This document shows positions 14,046 through 26,599 of a stretch of 64,000 nucleotides of DNA, piece after piece (position 1 is the first letter of the stretch; each line of letters starts with the position of its first letter). The stretch covers positions 2,332,152-2,396,151 of the forward strand of contig NW_002060944.1 in NCBI RefSeq assembly GCF_000150275.1, given 5' to 3'. The stretch is from Trichoplax adhaerens (Eukaryota; Animalia; Placozoa). The notes below the pieces were generated by a model. It was not told where the DNA came from. It saw nothing but the letters and a program-made list of their open reading frames with translations, and did no database searches. Made by a program: the position numbers and the translations under genes.

Positions 14046-16595
14046 TTACACCTTTACACTGTCTGATTCTTCGATAGTACCGTAAGTTTGAGGGGTGCCA
14101 AAAATAGGAGATTGTTCAGTTCTATTAAGGCAGACCTTAAATTCAAATTTACAACTTTTAAACTCCTTGTAGAAGCTTGTGATAAAAAGCAAGAAGGTTA
14201 AAGCAACTATCCATTCGCTTATAGTGCTGCATATATGGTTTACATAACCCTAGAAATATAATAACAATCATAGCAGTTTTAATTAATATACATTTGGATA
14301 GCAATTAAATAGCCAGAAAATGGCTTATATACTAGGATTAATTGGCATTTATACTTGCAATATCGTTTACTACAAAATTATAGTAGTATTTTAGCCTTTC
14401 GCATTTAAAATTAGTACTGTACATGTAATTACATCAACTGAGATATACAGCAACTACGACTATAATCCTTCTGGGATTAATAGTACACGCTATATCACCA
14501 TACAATTGTAATAAATATAAAATATAAGTTATGTAACTCTTATTTAATTATTGAAATATTGATTTACGAAAGTAGCACTCACATACATTTAAATATCACT
14601 ACGATAGTTTGAGGTGTTCTATTCTGTGTTTATAAATTACATTAGTGCGATATATTAACGCCAGTACAGTAGAATAATATCATGCACTTATGACAATGTC
14701 TACTATTTAACGACTTTAATGTAGCAAATAGAATCATAAATTTTCCTTACATCATCTCCTGGTACCCAATGCAAGTGGTTCACACCATCTGCAAATATAT
14801 ACGATGTTGCATAGTTTGCTAGCACTGTGGTGTGTGTTAAGGGATATAAGTATTCCTACGTATTGCAAGTAATAGTAATACATACAGGCTAAAAATAACT
14901 AATGTACGTAATATCTAAACTACTGTGCAATCATATTATTTCTAAAAAGATTCGAGGATAATTAGGATACTATAAATAAACGCAATTAGGGCAACGATTC
15001 CACAAAAAAAACGAAGTACGACCATTTTGCCGTTGTTGAAATTTTCTGATAATTTGCTCGTTAAATATGTTTGCATGAAAATATAAACAGTACCACCTCC
15101 GAAAGCTAACGCTGCACCTGTAAAATGCACTTGATATACTGCAGTTTCCTATCGTAAAATAGTAGTTAAATTAAAGAAACAGCAGTTTGCAAGCTTTCAG
15201 GTGGAATAGGTAAAATTTAGTAAACATGTATTAACAACTTGTCGTGCTTGCTTATCTCTGGCTACCTGAAAAGCAGAAACCATTACCATTCCGATACTTG
15301 CCAGGAGACCTACTAAGAATGCTAAGTCATTAACGACTTTACAGCATCCATCTCCTTTTAATGTAAGATGAACTTGTTTAAATCGAACATAAAAAACAGC
15401 TGCAGCTATATATTAGCCAAAAAAAATGTAATTAGTACCATGCATATAACTCAAATGTTTTATTACGATATACCCATAAAGCCAGTCCAAGCTAGAAAGA
15501 AGCCGAATACGCAGCTTTCTGGTCTTGTCGTTCCAGTGTCACTGACGTGAATACAAGACATAATAAAATATTGTAAAATGTTTATGGAAGAAAATCTTTA
15601 TCACATAAAGCCTATTATAACCTTCACCTGATATAAGGCCAAAACGGATATACATGCCCAAGAGCAATGGCAACGATGTAACTGCAGAAAAAAATAATAC
15701 CGCGTTATAAAATGAAGGCATTTGATAATTAATTCAAGGCAGTTTTTAAGTGCATAATTGTAATTAATCTATGCAAAGCATAAATGGTATTGGACCCTGC
15801 CAGTTTATGAAAAGCTCATAGAATACATAGCTGAAATTATCGTACTGAAGCATTATTATATACTACTAAACACTTCTATATGAAAAATTTTGGAAATTAA
15901 TTTCGCAACATTTAATTGTAACTGTAAAGCGTAAATGCAAGTGAAATAAATAAAATCTTTAATGCGTTCTGAGTATTTCGGTCTTCGGTACATGCGTGAT
16001 TTTTTGGCAGGTACGGGTATCACTATAGTTACAGTACTGTATTAGGTTGCTATATCTAAGATAATTATTAGCCAGCGTCCTGTTTACTGTACTTCTATAA
16101 CTGATCAAATCGGTGCAGTACAGTTACTACTGTAGTTCATAATTTAATAAGTTACACTACGCGTATATAGTATTTAGTATAGATGAAAATAGAATTTGGC
16201 ATTTCTTTACAGCCACTATTCATTGCAGGTATCTCATTTTAAGGGCATCAAAGACATCGATCTGAGGCGATATCATTACTTTGAATATAATTTATGCTAC
16301 AGTCTCATACCGTTTAAGCTAATGCGATAGAATTTGCAAAACTATTTACAGCACACATACAATGTACGGTAAAAATAAAATATGTACATGACTGTACGTT
16401 TTGTGGTTATGAGCAAAATAATTTACTGAGATATACGCGTATTAACCCATCGACACAGTAATAATCATAATTGTTAATTAATATATGAAATTACGAAGGA
16501 ATAAATGCAGCGAAAGCTAGTATCACCACAGCCAAAGGTAACACTGCAAGCCCAAAGCCAGTTTCAGATAAGACAGATGGTCTTTCAGCATCCAT
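14046..16595 (-). CDS. DRAM: DRAM/TMEM150 (Frag1/DRAM/Sfk1 family) membrane protein; exons 16595-16495, 15681-15628, 15541-15474, 15405-15266, 15148-14971, 14824-14751, 14249-14046
   Basis: Spliced translation: [51 protein letters not shown]...YVRFKQV...SAFQET...VHFTGAALAFGGG...LHWVPGDD|GYVNHICSTISEW...FYKEFK; C-terminal YGTI sorting motif. Confidence 0.9.
14825..14970 (-). other. Probable U12-type (minor spliceosome) GT-AG intron in DRAM
   Basis: 5' splice site GTATCCT; branch site TCCCTTAAC about 12 nt before the CAG acceptor; no polypyrimidine tract. Confidence 0.8.
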
Positions 16596-16799
16596 TCTCT
16601 CTGGTTAGAGAATATGAAAGTTTGGGGTTAAAAAACCTTTATTGTTCATGCACTTGTGCCGGACAATTTGGAATAAACCTTTACGGCAGAACTGGTGAAA
16701 TGTAATGTAATTGTAATCTACGGTAGCATTGTATTAATATTAATGTACTGAAACCAATGTTGCTAACGGTAAACTGTAATTTGACTGTTTGCTTCTCTA

Positions 16800-17167
16800 C
16801 TGTCTCTCTCTACAGCACTGTATCTGTTTCATAGCACAGTTACGTCATGGATCGCTACTGAGTACTGTAATGTACTGTACTGGTCTCGATGATTACGTCA
16901 CGTTTGACTACTGTACAGTGTACTGTACTGTACTGTACTGTACTGTACAGTGTACAGTACTGTACATTGAGTGTACAATGTACTGTACGTACTGTAATGC
17001 GATGGAAAAAATGTAACTAAAACTAATGTGCGAATACAGTAGTTTATACCGATATATAGCAATAAATTAAATTTTATTCATACTTTTTACTAAAATATCT
17101 GATACGAAAATAACATTACTGTACAGTGTACAGTACTGTACATCCAAGGACTACAGTACAGTACAGT
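16800..17167. repeat. ACAGT pentamer arrays between divergently transcribed DRAM and MAPEG-1
   Basis: tactg/tacag runs at 16860-16995 and 17117-17167. Confidence 0.85.
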
Positions 17168-18290
17168 CCTATCTAAATTAGTCGTTATGAACGTTTTCGC
17201 ATAGCTCGCATCTTGAAATTTACAGTATAATTCGCTAAATTCGCTAATTACTGCTGTCATGAAATTCAGAACGTACATGATACCCAGTAATACAGTGATG
17301 AATACATGGATGAACGTTACTTATTGAGAAAAACGTTTTACATTATATATCATATTATCAAAATGCGGGTGAAGCTAATAATGAAGAATAGTAATGATAG
17401 TAATTTTATTTTAGCAATAACCTTTAATAAGCATGACTAAATAAATATTACAATATTCTCAGTATCCATCAAATAGTTTTGCAAAGAGAGCTCAAAAATT
17501 TCGAAAGTAAACAAATACTACCGAATGACACGTATTTGTATTATCAAGATAACATTGTGACACGTACGAATACTGGGACTCGAGATAGGATCAGAGTTCA
17601 GATATGGACATGAAGTTGTTCCACCGCTAGGAAATTATCGCAAGTTATTGATACAGTATGAATTCGTAGATAAACGAATAGACACCTTTAGTTTTATCCA
17701 AAGTGGAAAGATAAAATGAAAATTCCCGTAGCCTTACAGAAAGTTTTGAAATCTTAAGGCATGCTGCATATTGGTAAATGAAGCGCATAAAAGACGCAAA
17801 TAGTTTTAAATCAATTAAATTTACAATTAATGATTCAGAAGATTAGCTAGCTTTATCTCATAAATAATGAAACAATCTAACATTAGTAGAAATCGATCTT
17901 ACATTAGATTTCTATAATGGCATAAATGCCACTCTATCTGTATTTACCCACCATGCGGGCGGGTGAACGCGCAAGGGACACTGGATCACCCTCCTGAATT
18001 TAATTAAGAAGCGACAATAACTTATCTATCCTAATCGCTCTAGACTAAATTGTATAATTCAAAGAGTTAAAAAATTTGATCACAGCATGTCATCACTAAG
18101 AATCAAAGTTCGTTTTATAAGTTTATAAGTGCTAGATTGTACTTTGGACATCGCTATTCGAATGACTCTGCTATCCAATATCCGGTAAATTATAACTGCC
18201 AGCGACCGCAACGAAATTTTTATCTTCTATCAGTTGGCATCAAGTCAATTTAATCTTCATAGCAAGTCTTTAACGAAAAAAGTTGTCACA

Positions 18291-19417
18291 ATGGTTGTAG
18301 CTTCGAAATTAGTCTTCGATAATCCAGTATTTTCTATGTTTGCTTTTCATTCGAGTGTGCTTGTTGCTAAAATGCTATTGGTGACTCTGAGAACATCACT
18401 AGCTCGAATTGCATCTAAGGTTAGGAGAAATGATCATTATTTGATATATCTCCCTATACTGCAGTAGGTTAGGGTAGATTAGTCACTAATAGCTATAAAT
18501 AAAAAAGATTTTAAGCATTTGCGATATTGATCAGATAAAAATTCTATCTATAATTAAACTCTAAGCATCGAGTTTTCCTTTCTTTATTTATTGATATTTT
18601 ATTTTAAGTATTATATCGAGAGTATTCAAAATTAGATATAGGGTACGAATCTGAAATATACCTGTACATATATGAGCAAATATTTTAAATTCAAAATATC
18701 TCTCATTTTTTAGTCATTAGGAAGCAAGACATTGACAAATATATTAAATTCTAAATAAAATCTTAATTTTAGTGCTTCTCAAATGACGAAGATATACAAG
18801 CTTTTACGGATGGAAATAATACTAAAGCCGTAGGACATGGCTCTGGAGATGAATTTGTGGAAAGATGTAGAAGGTCATAAATTATTTAAAAAGAAATTAT
18901 TATGCTCTTACTTATATATTTTGCTGTAGTCACTGCATTCCATATGATAATATATCTATAGACAGAGTTCTTCATCAAGATATTAAACTATACTTATTTG
19001 CATGAAAGTGAATTAGAAGTTAGATAGTTTACCGTACCTCAGGCCATACCATATTTAGGTTATTAGAATATAACTAAAACAATTTAAGGCTATTTTTGTC
19101 CATTAAAATTTCAGTCCATAATATTCAATTCTAACAACTTTAGCATACGTGTATTTCGATTAAATAGGGCCCATTTGAACGATCTGGAGAACATTCTTCC
19201 TTTCTTGGCCGTAGGTTTGCTTTACGTCCTTACCAACCCGACGCCAAAAGCTGCAGGTTGTCATTTTCGCATCTTCACTGCGGTCCGTGTTTTACACAGT
19301 ATCGTCTATATTGGTGCGTGGCCTCAACCAAGCCGAACATTTCTTTTCTACATTGGATTGATAACATTGGCTTCTATGCTTCTATCAGTTGTTAATAGTT
19401 GCCCTTTTATGTGGTAA
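18291..19417 (+). CDS. MGST1: MAPEG family microsomal glutathione S-transferase 1-like (copy 1); exons 18291-18419, 18773-18873, 19168-19417
   Basis: FDNPVF...KML...CFSNDED...VERCRRAHLNDLENILPF...RVLHSIVY...PQPSR; three-exon structure with canonical splice sites. Confidence 0.9.
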
Positions 19418-20915
19418 AGCGAAATTTTTATGACGTATATATAAAAGTGGTTAATTAGCATTGAACTAGCACACACTATACTGAATTAATATCGTTTCAT
19501 ATATCGTTATAGTAAGCTTGATTACTATGATACCATCTGTATGTTATCAATTTCTGGATGGAAAATTTGATATCTCTGTTTTAATCCAGTAACTAATCTT
19601 AATAATTTGTTACTATTAGGTAAGCGAAATGATGGCGTTTTTCTCTCTAATTATATTATGCTTGCCTGAAGTAGAACTTACGATCGTTCATTTTGTACGA
19701 GGTCTTAATTGCACAAAATAAGCTTTTTGGCAGAATTATTATATACTTCTTTACTGAGTGATCGAAGGTTTATTGATTGTATCGGCGTCACTAAATCAAA
19801 TTCTATCTAGTTATCGCCTTTATTTGTACCCTATGTACATTATCTGACATGCGCTTCTTGAAGGCAAGTATTATTAGAGGCTGATTTTCAATAAAATTTA
19901 AGAGAATTTATACTAATTAATATGAAACTGCAATAAATTCAATTACCCGAGATCAAACAGCAACTAATAGTTGTATACGTGTATTAATAAAACGTAGGGA
20001 TATCAGAATTCTGTTCTATAGGATGGCTAACATTTTAAATGATACAATAACTGTATAACTCTACTAAGTTACATTTGAAAGGATAATATCTTAACTTGAA
20101 GTTTTTCGGAAGTCGAGGTCATTCTTTCAGTTTTTTCAGCCCTTAGCGCATAGTAACGAATACAGGAGCTCAATACCTGATACAGGCAAATGCTTGATAG
20201 AAATATTTTACGAAATGGAGTCCATCATATAGGCCTTAATCCTAATTTTAGATCATTTACTCCAATGAGCAGGCTGTGCTACACATTCAGTGTATAGTTA
20301 TCTATCCTAAGATATTCTGCGCAATATAAAGTAACCGCAAATATTAATGCCCTAACGATGTTTGAGCAACTATACGTAGCATATCGTCAATGTATCACGC
20401 GTGATTTATACACAAATAGCATTGTATACAAGATTGCAAGTATTCTTGTATTCTCAATGACAATAAGCTTAGATAGACTAGCGACTCCCGGAAATAATAC
20501 ACCACAAGCACGCTCCATGAATATCTTCTCTTTGTACTGTACAGTATAATGGAACTAAGATATTCAATTGAAGGGGTAGTTTTCAGCAATATCTGTAACA
20601 GGGTAAAACAACAATAATGGCCTTTATTGCCAATGTAAGGCCATTTGAAGAGTATCAGCCGCTCGCTGTACTTAACGATTTAGTGTAACCTACAACATAC
20701 TCATACAGTTGTTTACTATACGAGTATTACTATTAAGTTAGTAAACAAAGATTTATTTCTAGAGTAGAATCCACAATGATTATGTTATAATCATACATTA
20801 ATCACGGATCGATGGGTTTTTTCGATTTAGATATAAGGCTGTTGTCCGGTTCTGTATAACACTTTATCGTTGATTAATTATATTCATTGGAATGTCATAA
20901 GATCTTTATCTGAAT

Positions 20916-22231
20916 CTAGGCTATCCAGCTCATTATAATTGATAAAGTGACATAAATTGTGATGAATAATCCTATCAAAAATGATAATGATCTTAATGGA
21001 GATCGTTCAAGTAAATAAGCCATCGTATGGATAATTCTAGCTGTAGTAAAGGCTATGATTGATATAGTAGGTATCATTACAGAAAGATTTGTAATTACAT
21101 ATAGAAGCCCAACAATAAGGAACACTGGGACGTTCTCCAGGTCGTTTCCGTGCGCTCTAAAGTAATTATAAAAAAACGTTACTGCGCGACTTTTCACTAT
21201 TAAAACTTCTATACTTACTTTATGTTGTAACTTATGAGGAATAATTCATTAAACTGGATTTTACATTAATTATATTATCGGTAACAGTAGAGAAACTATT
21301 TAGCAAGTGAGCGAGAAGCATTTTATTAAGTGTGAAATATGCCGTACATAGGATTGCAAATATAACATAAATATAAATTCAAAATATACTTTGAAAGTCT
21401 TATCTCATTACAGCTTAATTGTTATTCACATAAAATCAAGTGGAGCTATGAATCCATGATACAATACTACAGCAATAATGCTTTGGTTAAGATTGAATAC
21501 AGACCTTCTTATACGCTCAATTTTTTTCATTATTGGAGTTATTTTTCGGCTTTCGTCAGAAACTAAAAGCATATGCCTGTAAACACCAGAGACGTTATAT
21601 ACAGTAGTTAAACTATAAGATTGTAGGAACTAAAAGCTTTAGATTACCCTTGCTTCCTATCATATAAAGATTAACCACGAATATAATGCTCGTTACACTA
21701 TAACGACCCAAATTCACCATGCTATAGCCATAGTTTACATAGCTGCTGATTCCTATACGGAGCCGATACAGAGCTAATTACTGTATAAAGAAATTCGTTA
21801 TTTGTAAACAGTGGTACTAATTTCTAACTGTGATACTGTGATGTATACTTGTCTTACATTAATGGCAGTAGTAAACACATACAGAACTATATCGTACCAT
21901 ACTAACTATTTTTTAGTAACTAATCATTACTAAAAATGGCCTCAGAGTAAATTTACAAGGTAGTCGAACAAGAAACGAGGAATAATTAGCATACTATGGG
22001 TTTTACTATAGTGATTTTTTAATGATACACAGTATCTACAATATATTACAGTTCGAAACAGGAATATTGTACCTATAGTACAGCATAGTGAAAATCTTTT
22101 AGTCATACAATTAAAAGAAGTCCAAAGGCTAATGAAGATCATCTTGAATATTAAGATGCATGAACAAAGTGCATACGTAGTGAATACTGTACATGATTTT
22201 CCATGGACAATAAATCTTGAACGTTGGTCAT
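20916..22231 (-). pseudogene. MAPEG/MGST1-like copy 2, probably pseudogenised: exon 1 from ATG 22231 frameshifted at 22185-22189; exon 2 21576-21505; exon 3 21156-20916
   Basis: Exon 3 is intact (RAHGNDLENVPVF...RIIHTMAY...PLRS) and exon 2 ends IERIRR. Exon 1 reads MTNVQDLLSMENHV, then shifts frame before FTTYALCSCILIFKM. No GT at the paralogues' exon-1 donor position, and the exon 2 start phase differs from the paralogues. Confidence 0.75.
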
Positions 22232-22239
22232 TATTAGGG

Positions 22240-22272
<33 letters not shown>
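22240..22272. repeat. (ATT)11 microsatellite
   Basis: Perfect trinucleotide run just upstream of the MAPEG-2 ATG. Confidence 0.9.
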
Positions 22273-22275
<3 letters not shown>

Positions 22276-22391
22276 TTTTCACTTCTCCAAGCAGATCGAG
22301 GAAAAATTTAAATTTACCATAGAGTTCCAACCAAAACATCGGATGCTACATACAGGTTGGTGAAAGCCGAAAATGCACACTGAAAATCTCG

Positions 22392-22693
22392 TAGTACTGT
22401 ACTGTACCTGTAATTTACTGTACTGTACAGTATAATACACACAGTAGATACAGTACATTGTATTATGACTCAGTACAGCAGCCCTAACCATTTTACATAA
22501 ATCACTTTCAACTAGTGTATAGTACAGTACACTGTAGACATTCACAGGCTCAGCTGCTGTATCGTACTGTACAGTACTGTACGCTAGTACAGTACACCTG
22601 TCCCCCCGCTCGAACTTACGCGTACAGTATTATACTGTACAGTACAGTACAGTATGTTACGCTAATTCTTACAAGTGTCCATGTACTGTACAG
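22392..22693. repeat. ACAGT pentamer array in the divergent MAPEG-2/MAPEG-3 promoter region
   Basis: Multiple gtact/gtaca units between two head-to-head ATGs 508 bp apart. Confidence 0.85.
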
Positions 22694-22738
22694 TAAAAAA
22701 GTAACCAGAAGCAACTAAGCAGTTTAGCAACAGCAAGC

Positions 22739-24145
22739 ATGGAAATGAAACCGGAGTTGCTCACCTTCAATAATCCAGTTTTATATCTATATGTCAGTTC
22801 AACCTGCATCCTAATACTAAAGATGCTGTCGTTAGGAATTATAATACCTCTTATCCGTACAATAAAGAAGGTAAGAGGAAGGGTTGCACTATATTGTATT
22901 GTTAAAGTTGATTCAATAAGTATTATGGATCAAGTCCTATAATTATACAGTAATTGATCTGTTGAATACTGTAAACTGACCAACGATAGTTACATAATAC
23001 TACTGTGCTGTAATCATTCTCAGCTTACAACTAGTTTTAAGCGTATACTATAAATTAAAAGTACGGTATTTCAGTATAACTTGCTGGATTAATAACTTAT
23101 GTGAACATTATTAATTAAGCAGTATAAATCAGCATAGAAATATCTTTTGATTAATTAATAAAAATGTTGGACCAGCGTTCAATAAAGATATTGCAGTATT
23201 GCAGTATGAGTATCGTATTATTAAGCAGTATAAATCAGAATAGAAATAATCTTTTCATTAACCAGGAATACTGGACCAGCGTCCAGTAAAAATGCTTAGA
23301 TTTTGGGCATTTTTTCTCAGTATATCCTTGAAAATTTTTTCTTGCATACTGTACAATCTCTAAATAATGTATAAGACACTAGCTTAATAGTTATCACTCA
23401 TCAGCTGACTTATCAGCTAGTAGCACTGATAACTGTATGGACTCGCGGCCAATCACTAATTATTTCATTGTATAGATTCCTGGATCACCTGAAGATGCTA
23501 AATTTCTTCAAGCTAACATGAAAGACATTGATACGAGAAAGGAATATTTGGAACGAGTAAGAAGGTACGAGATAAATTTTAGATATTCTCTGGACTCTGG
23601 GATTAACGGGTCGTAGCTATTACAGTATTGACTTTGTAAGTTCTGTAAAATAATATTAATTTCGATTATTTGCTACTCTTTATGGTGATCCTATGTTGTA
23701 TTAATACGTAAACACGTATACTGTACTTAGAATACTGTGCATATTTCTGTTAGTTCTATTAAAAAACTAGATACTACGTAAATAAAAGGTTAAATTGGGT
23801 TATAATTTATCAATCGATAAGATCAATTAAAGACGCTTAACTATGATGACGTATTAAAAATCTTTTTCAATATCGTTCTGTTCTCTCTATACTATGGCTA
23901 GGTCACATTACAATGATCTTGAGAATATACCCTTCTTCCTCCTGATTGGACTGGTTTATGTGTTAACGGATCCGCCAGCTGGCCCCGCTAAGATTTTATT
24001 CCGCGTCTATGCTGCTGCTAGAGTGATTCATACTGCCGCTTATATTACTAAAGTAAGGCAACCAGTCCGTGCCTTATCATTTCTGTCAAGTCTCATTGTT
24101 ATCCTAATAATGGTTATTTCTATTCTTGTTCATAGCACCCTATAA
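22739..24145 (+). CDS. MAPEG/MGST1-like copy 3; exons 22739-22870, 23476-23564, 23902-24145
   Basis: LLTFNNPVL...KML...IPGSPEDA...LERVRRSHYNDLENIPFF...RVIHTAAY...RQPVR; in-frame GT-AG joins. Confidence 0.9.
23108..23292. repeat. Imperfect ~80 bp direct duplication in MAPEG-3 intron 1
   Basis: ttaagcagtataaatcagmatagaaata...tggaccagcgt occurs twice about 105 bp apart. Confidence 0.8.
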
Positions 24146-25671
24146 TTACTACATGAGAAAAGTGATTGACATTGTTATAGTACAATATTATATTCTAATA
24201 TGGGTAGTGGTTTTAAATTGCACCTCAAAAGTAGGGAACTGCATAATTTAAAATTCTTTGCGCTCAACCAGGTTGATGCTATGATGGACACACATTAGTA
24301 CGCTAAAAATTTGAAGTATTATAAACGATATTAATTCTCAGTGATCGTCCACATTGTGCGACACATGTGAGTCTGTTCATGTTTTAATCAAAAACGGAGG
24401 CGATCTTGTGATAATTGATTTTATCTGATAGATTACATTTATAGTCCAATCGAAAAATTATGGAATCTTTACATTTTTGTAAATTTTAGGCAATTTTCTA
24501 AATGCTCAGCAGAAGTACGATAACGATAAATAGCAACTTTATTAGTAGAGGTGTACGAGTGTATATGTTATGGATGCTAATTAAGGTACTAGAGACAATA
24601 AAATGAGCATGGTATACTGCACTTAAGCTAATGGTGTAAGGCTTGTTTTCTTAGTTGATGTATGTGGTTACTACGTAGTTAAGCGGATATCGTCATATTT
24701 CGTATCAATGATACTGTGAAGCAATGATACTAACGGTCATAAAACCAATTAGTGATTCTCCTGTAGTTGCTGTAAGGAACAATTGACGCTGAAAGCTACT
24801 AATTTCTTCAGGACTATTATACGCGTGTTACTATATATTTGGCGTGAGTGCCAATATGGGCATTTCGTTGAGGTACTCCTCTATTTGATTGATTTTGCTT
24901 TATCAAATTAAAGATCTTGCAGTATTTATCCTATATTATAATTAATTATTGACGTTTAGAGAATCGTAGCATTTCGAAAGCTTTCTATATCAATATCCAT
25001 TATCGAACTACAGATTGTGCTCATTCAATTCAACATGAGCCTTCAAAATAGATGTCTTCAAATTTTTTTTTAATAGGGGCTGATTAAACTGATTGTTTGC
25101 TGATTATTTAGGCAAAGTAGTTTAAGATTATGAAGCATATAAGTATCCTTTATATAATCATATATTCCAATGATCATTTTTACAAATGAGGTATAGATTT
25201 AAGGTATCTCATGGTACTGTACCTTCAATATTTTAAAAAACTGAACGAAACGTTGGTAATTGCGTTATCATGTGCACTTGCCGTCCAACGGCGTTGCGTG
25301 TCAATTGCAGGGTGCAACTGCCTCACATTGCTTATTAATTATCTTCTCTTTTGGTTAACATACAAGAGGACAGAGCTAGTACAAATAGTTACTATCAAAA
25401 GAAACTAATATTCTATCTACATAGCCATAGTAAAAAATTTATAGCCACTATGAATTGCCAAAAATTTAACTAAAATTGAGATTGTATAAATTATAAAGAA
25501 TCTCATTCCACATTGACAGTTACACACGTTGGGGTAATTTTTTTTGGTAAATCCTTTCTGCTTTAATTACATAGCCGCCATATACAAAACCCTCTTTTAT
25601 TTTATAGTATAATGGATTCTAGCATATCGTAATTTATTGAAATTCTTACTATGTATAACGTATTTTAATAA

Positions 25672-26547
25672 CTACAAGTATACAGATGCTTGGCTAATAA
25701 CTGTAACAGTCATAGCAATAATTAAGAGTAAGCTAATAGTATGAGCAATTGCCCGGGCTGGCTGAGGTATAGCATTTAGGTATATTATTGTATGAAGAAT
25801 ACGAACTGCAGTAAATGCTCTAAAGTACTTTTGCGCCGTATCAAAGGGCGGATCGGTAAGGATATACAATAATCCAGCGAATAAGAAGAGTGGGATATTT
25901 TCTAGATCATTTAGGTGCACCCTATACACAAAGAAGTCTAATTATTTGCAAGATAGACAGCTATACACTCAGTATACAGTATATCGGTCTTCTTTCGTAA
26001 ATTTTGCTATCAAATTTTAATTACAAGGAAAAAAATGTCACCTTCTAGTCCGTTCCACAGTTACGTTCGTTTTGGTAGAGGAAGTGGAATCATCAACGGT
26101 AATTGACGGCTCTGATATCTATTAAAGAAAATAAGTATAAAGTCATGAATAAGAATGCAGCAAAGTAGTCCGTTTTTAATATTTTTAATTTAAGGTTCGA
26201 TCTTTTAATAAATGTATTACCACTATGCATCTACTTATACTATTTATTATTATTAATAGAAGAGTTTGAAATATTTCATGCAGGCATTGCACTCAGCTCC
26301 TCTAGTAACATAGCGTTTATTTATTATTATTGTTAATGCTTCATAGGTATGGTAGGATATTTTATTCGCATAATGATGATATGATGTGAGTATTTCAGTC
26401 GTTGGGGTCCTTGTAGCTCCCCAGCGATCCTACCTTATGACTTAGGATAGTAGCAAATGCTACAAAGAACATTTTTAAGATCAAAATGCTAGCATAGAAT
26501 GCATAGCATGAAAATACTGGATTATCATAAGAAAATCTTGCGGTCAT
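25672..26547 (-). CDS. MAPEG/MGST1-like copy 4; exons 26547-26434, 26118-26042, 25921-25672
   Basis: FSYDNPVFSCYAFYASILILKM...VERTRRVHLNDLENIPLF...RILHTIIY...PQPAR; exon 2 lacks the NPED motif. Confidence 0.88.
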
Positions 26548-26599
26548 AATGACTTCTTCCAAGCCAGATTTGATTTGATGAGATTCGAGATTTAGTAGC

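Noticed and set aside
15539-15721. 60 aa ORF as the DRAM N-terminus
   Set aside because: Wrong frame; the true exon ([18 protein letters not shown]) is 15681-15628 and the start codon is at 16595.
17950-17997. GC-rich patch with a gggtga/tcaccc stem and a GCAA loop
   Set aside because: Too short, and it matches no RNA family or ribozyme core I can recognise.
20358-20589. Overlapping short ORFs between MAPEG-1 and MAPEG-2
   Set aside because: No recognisable motif or splice-consistent gene model; probably chance ORFs.
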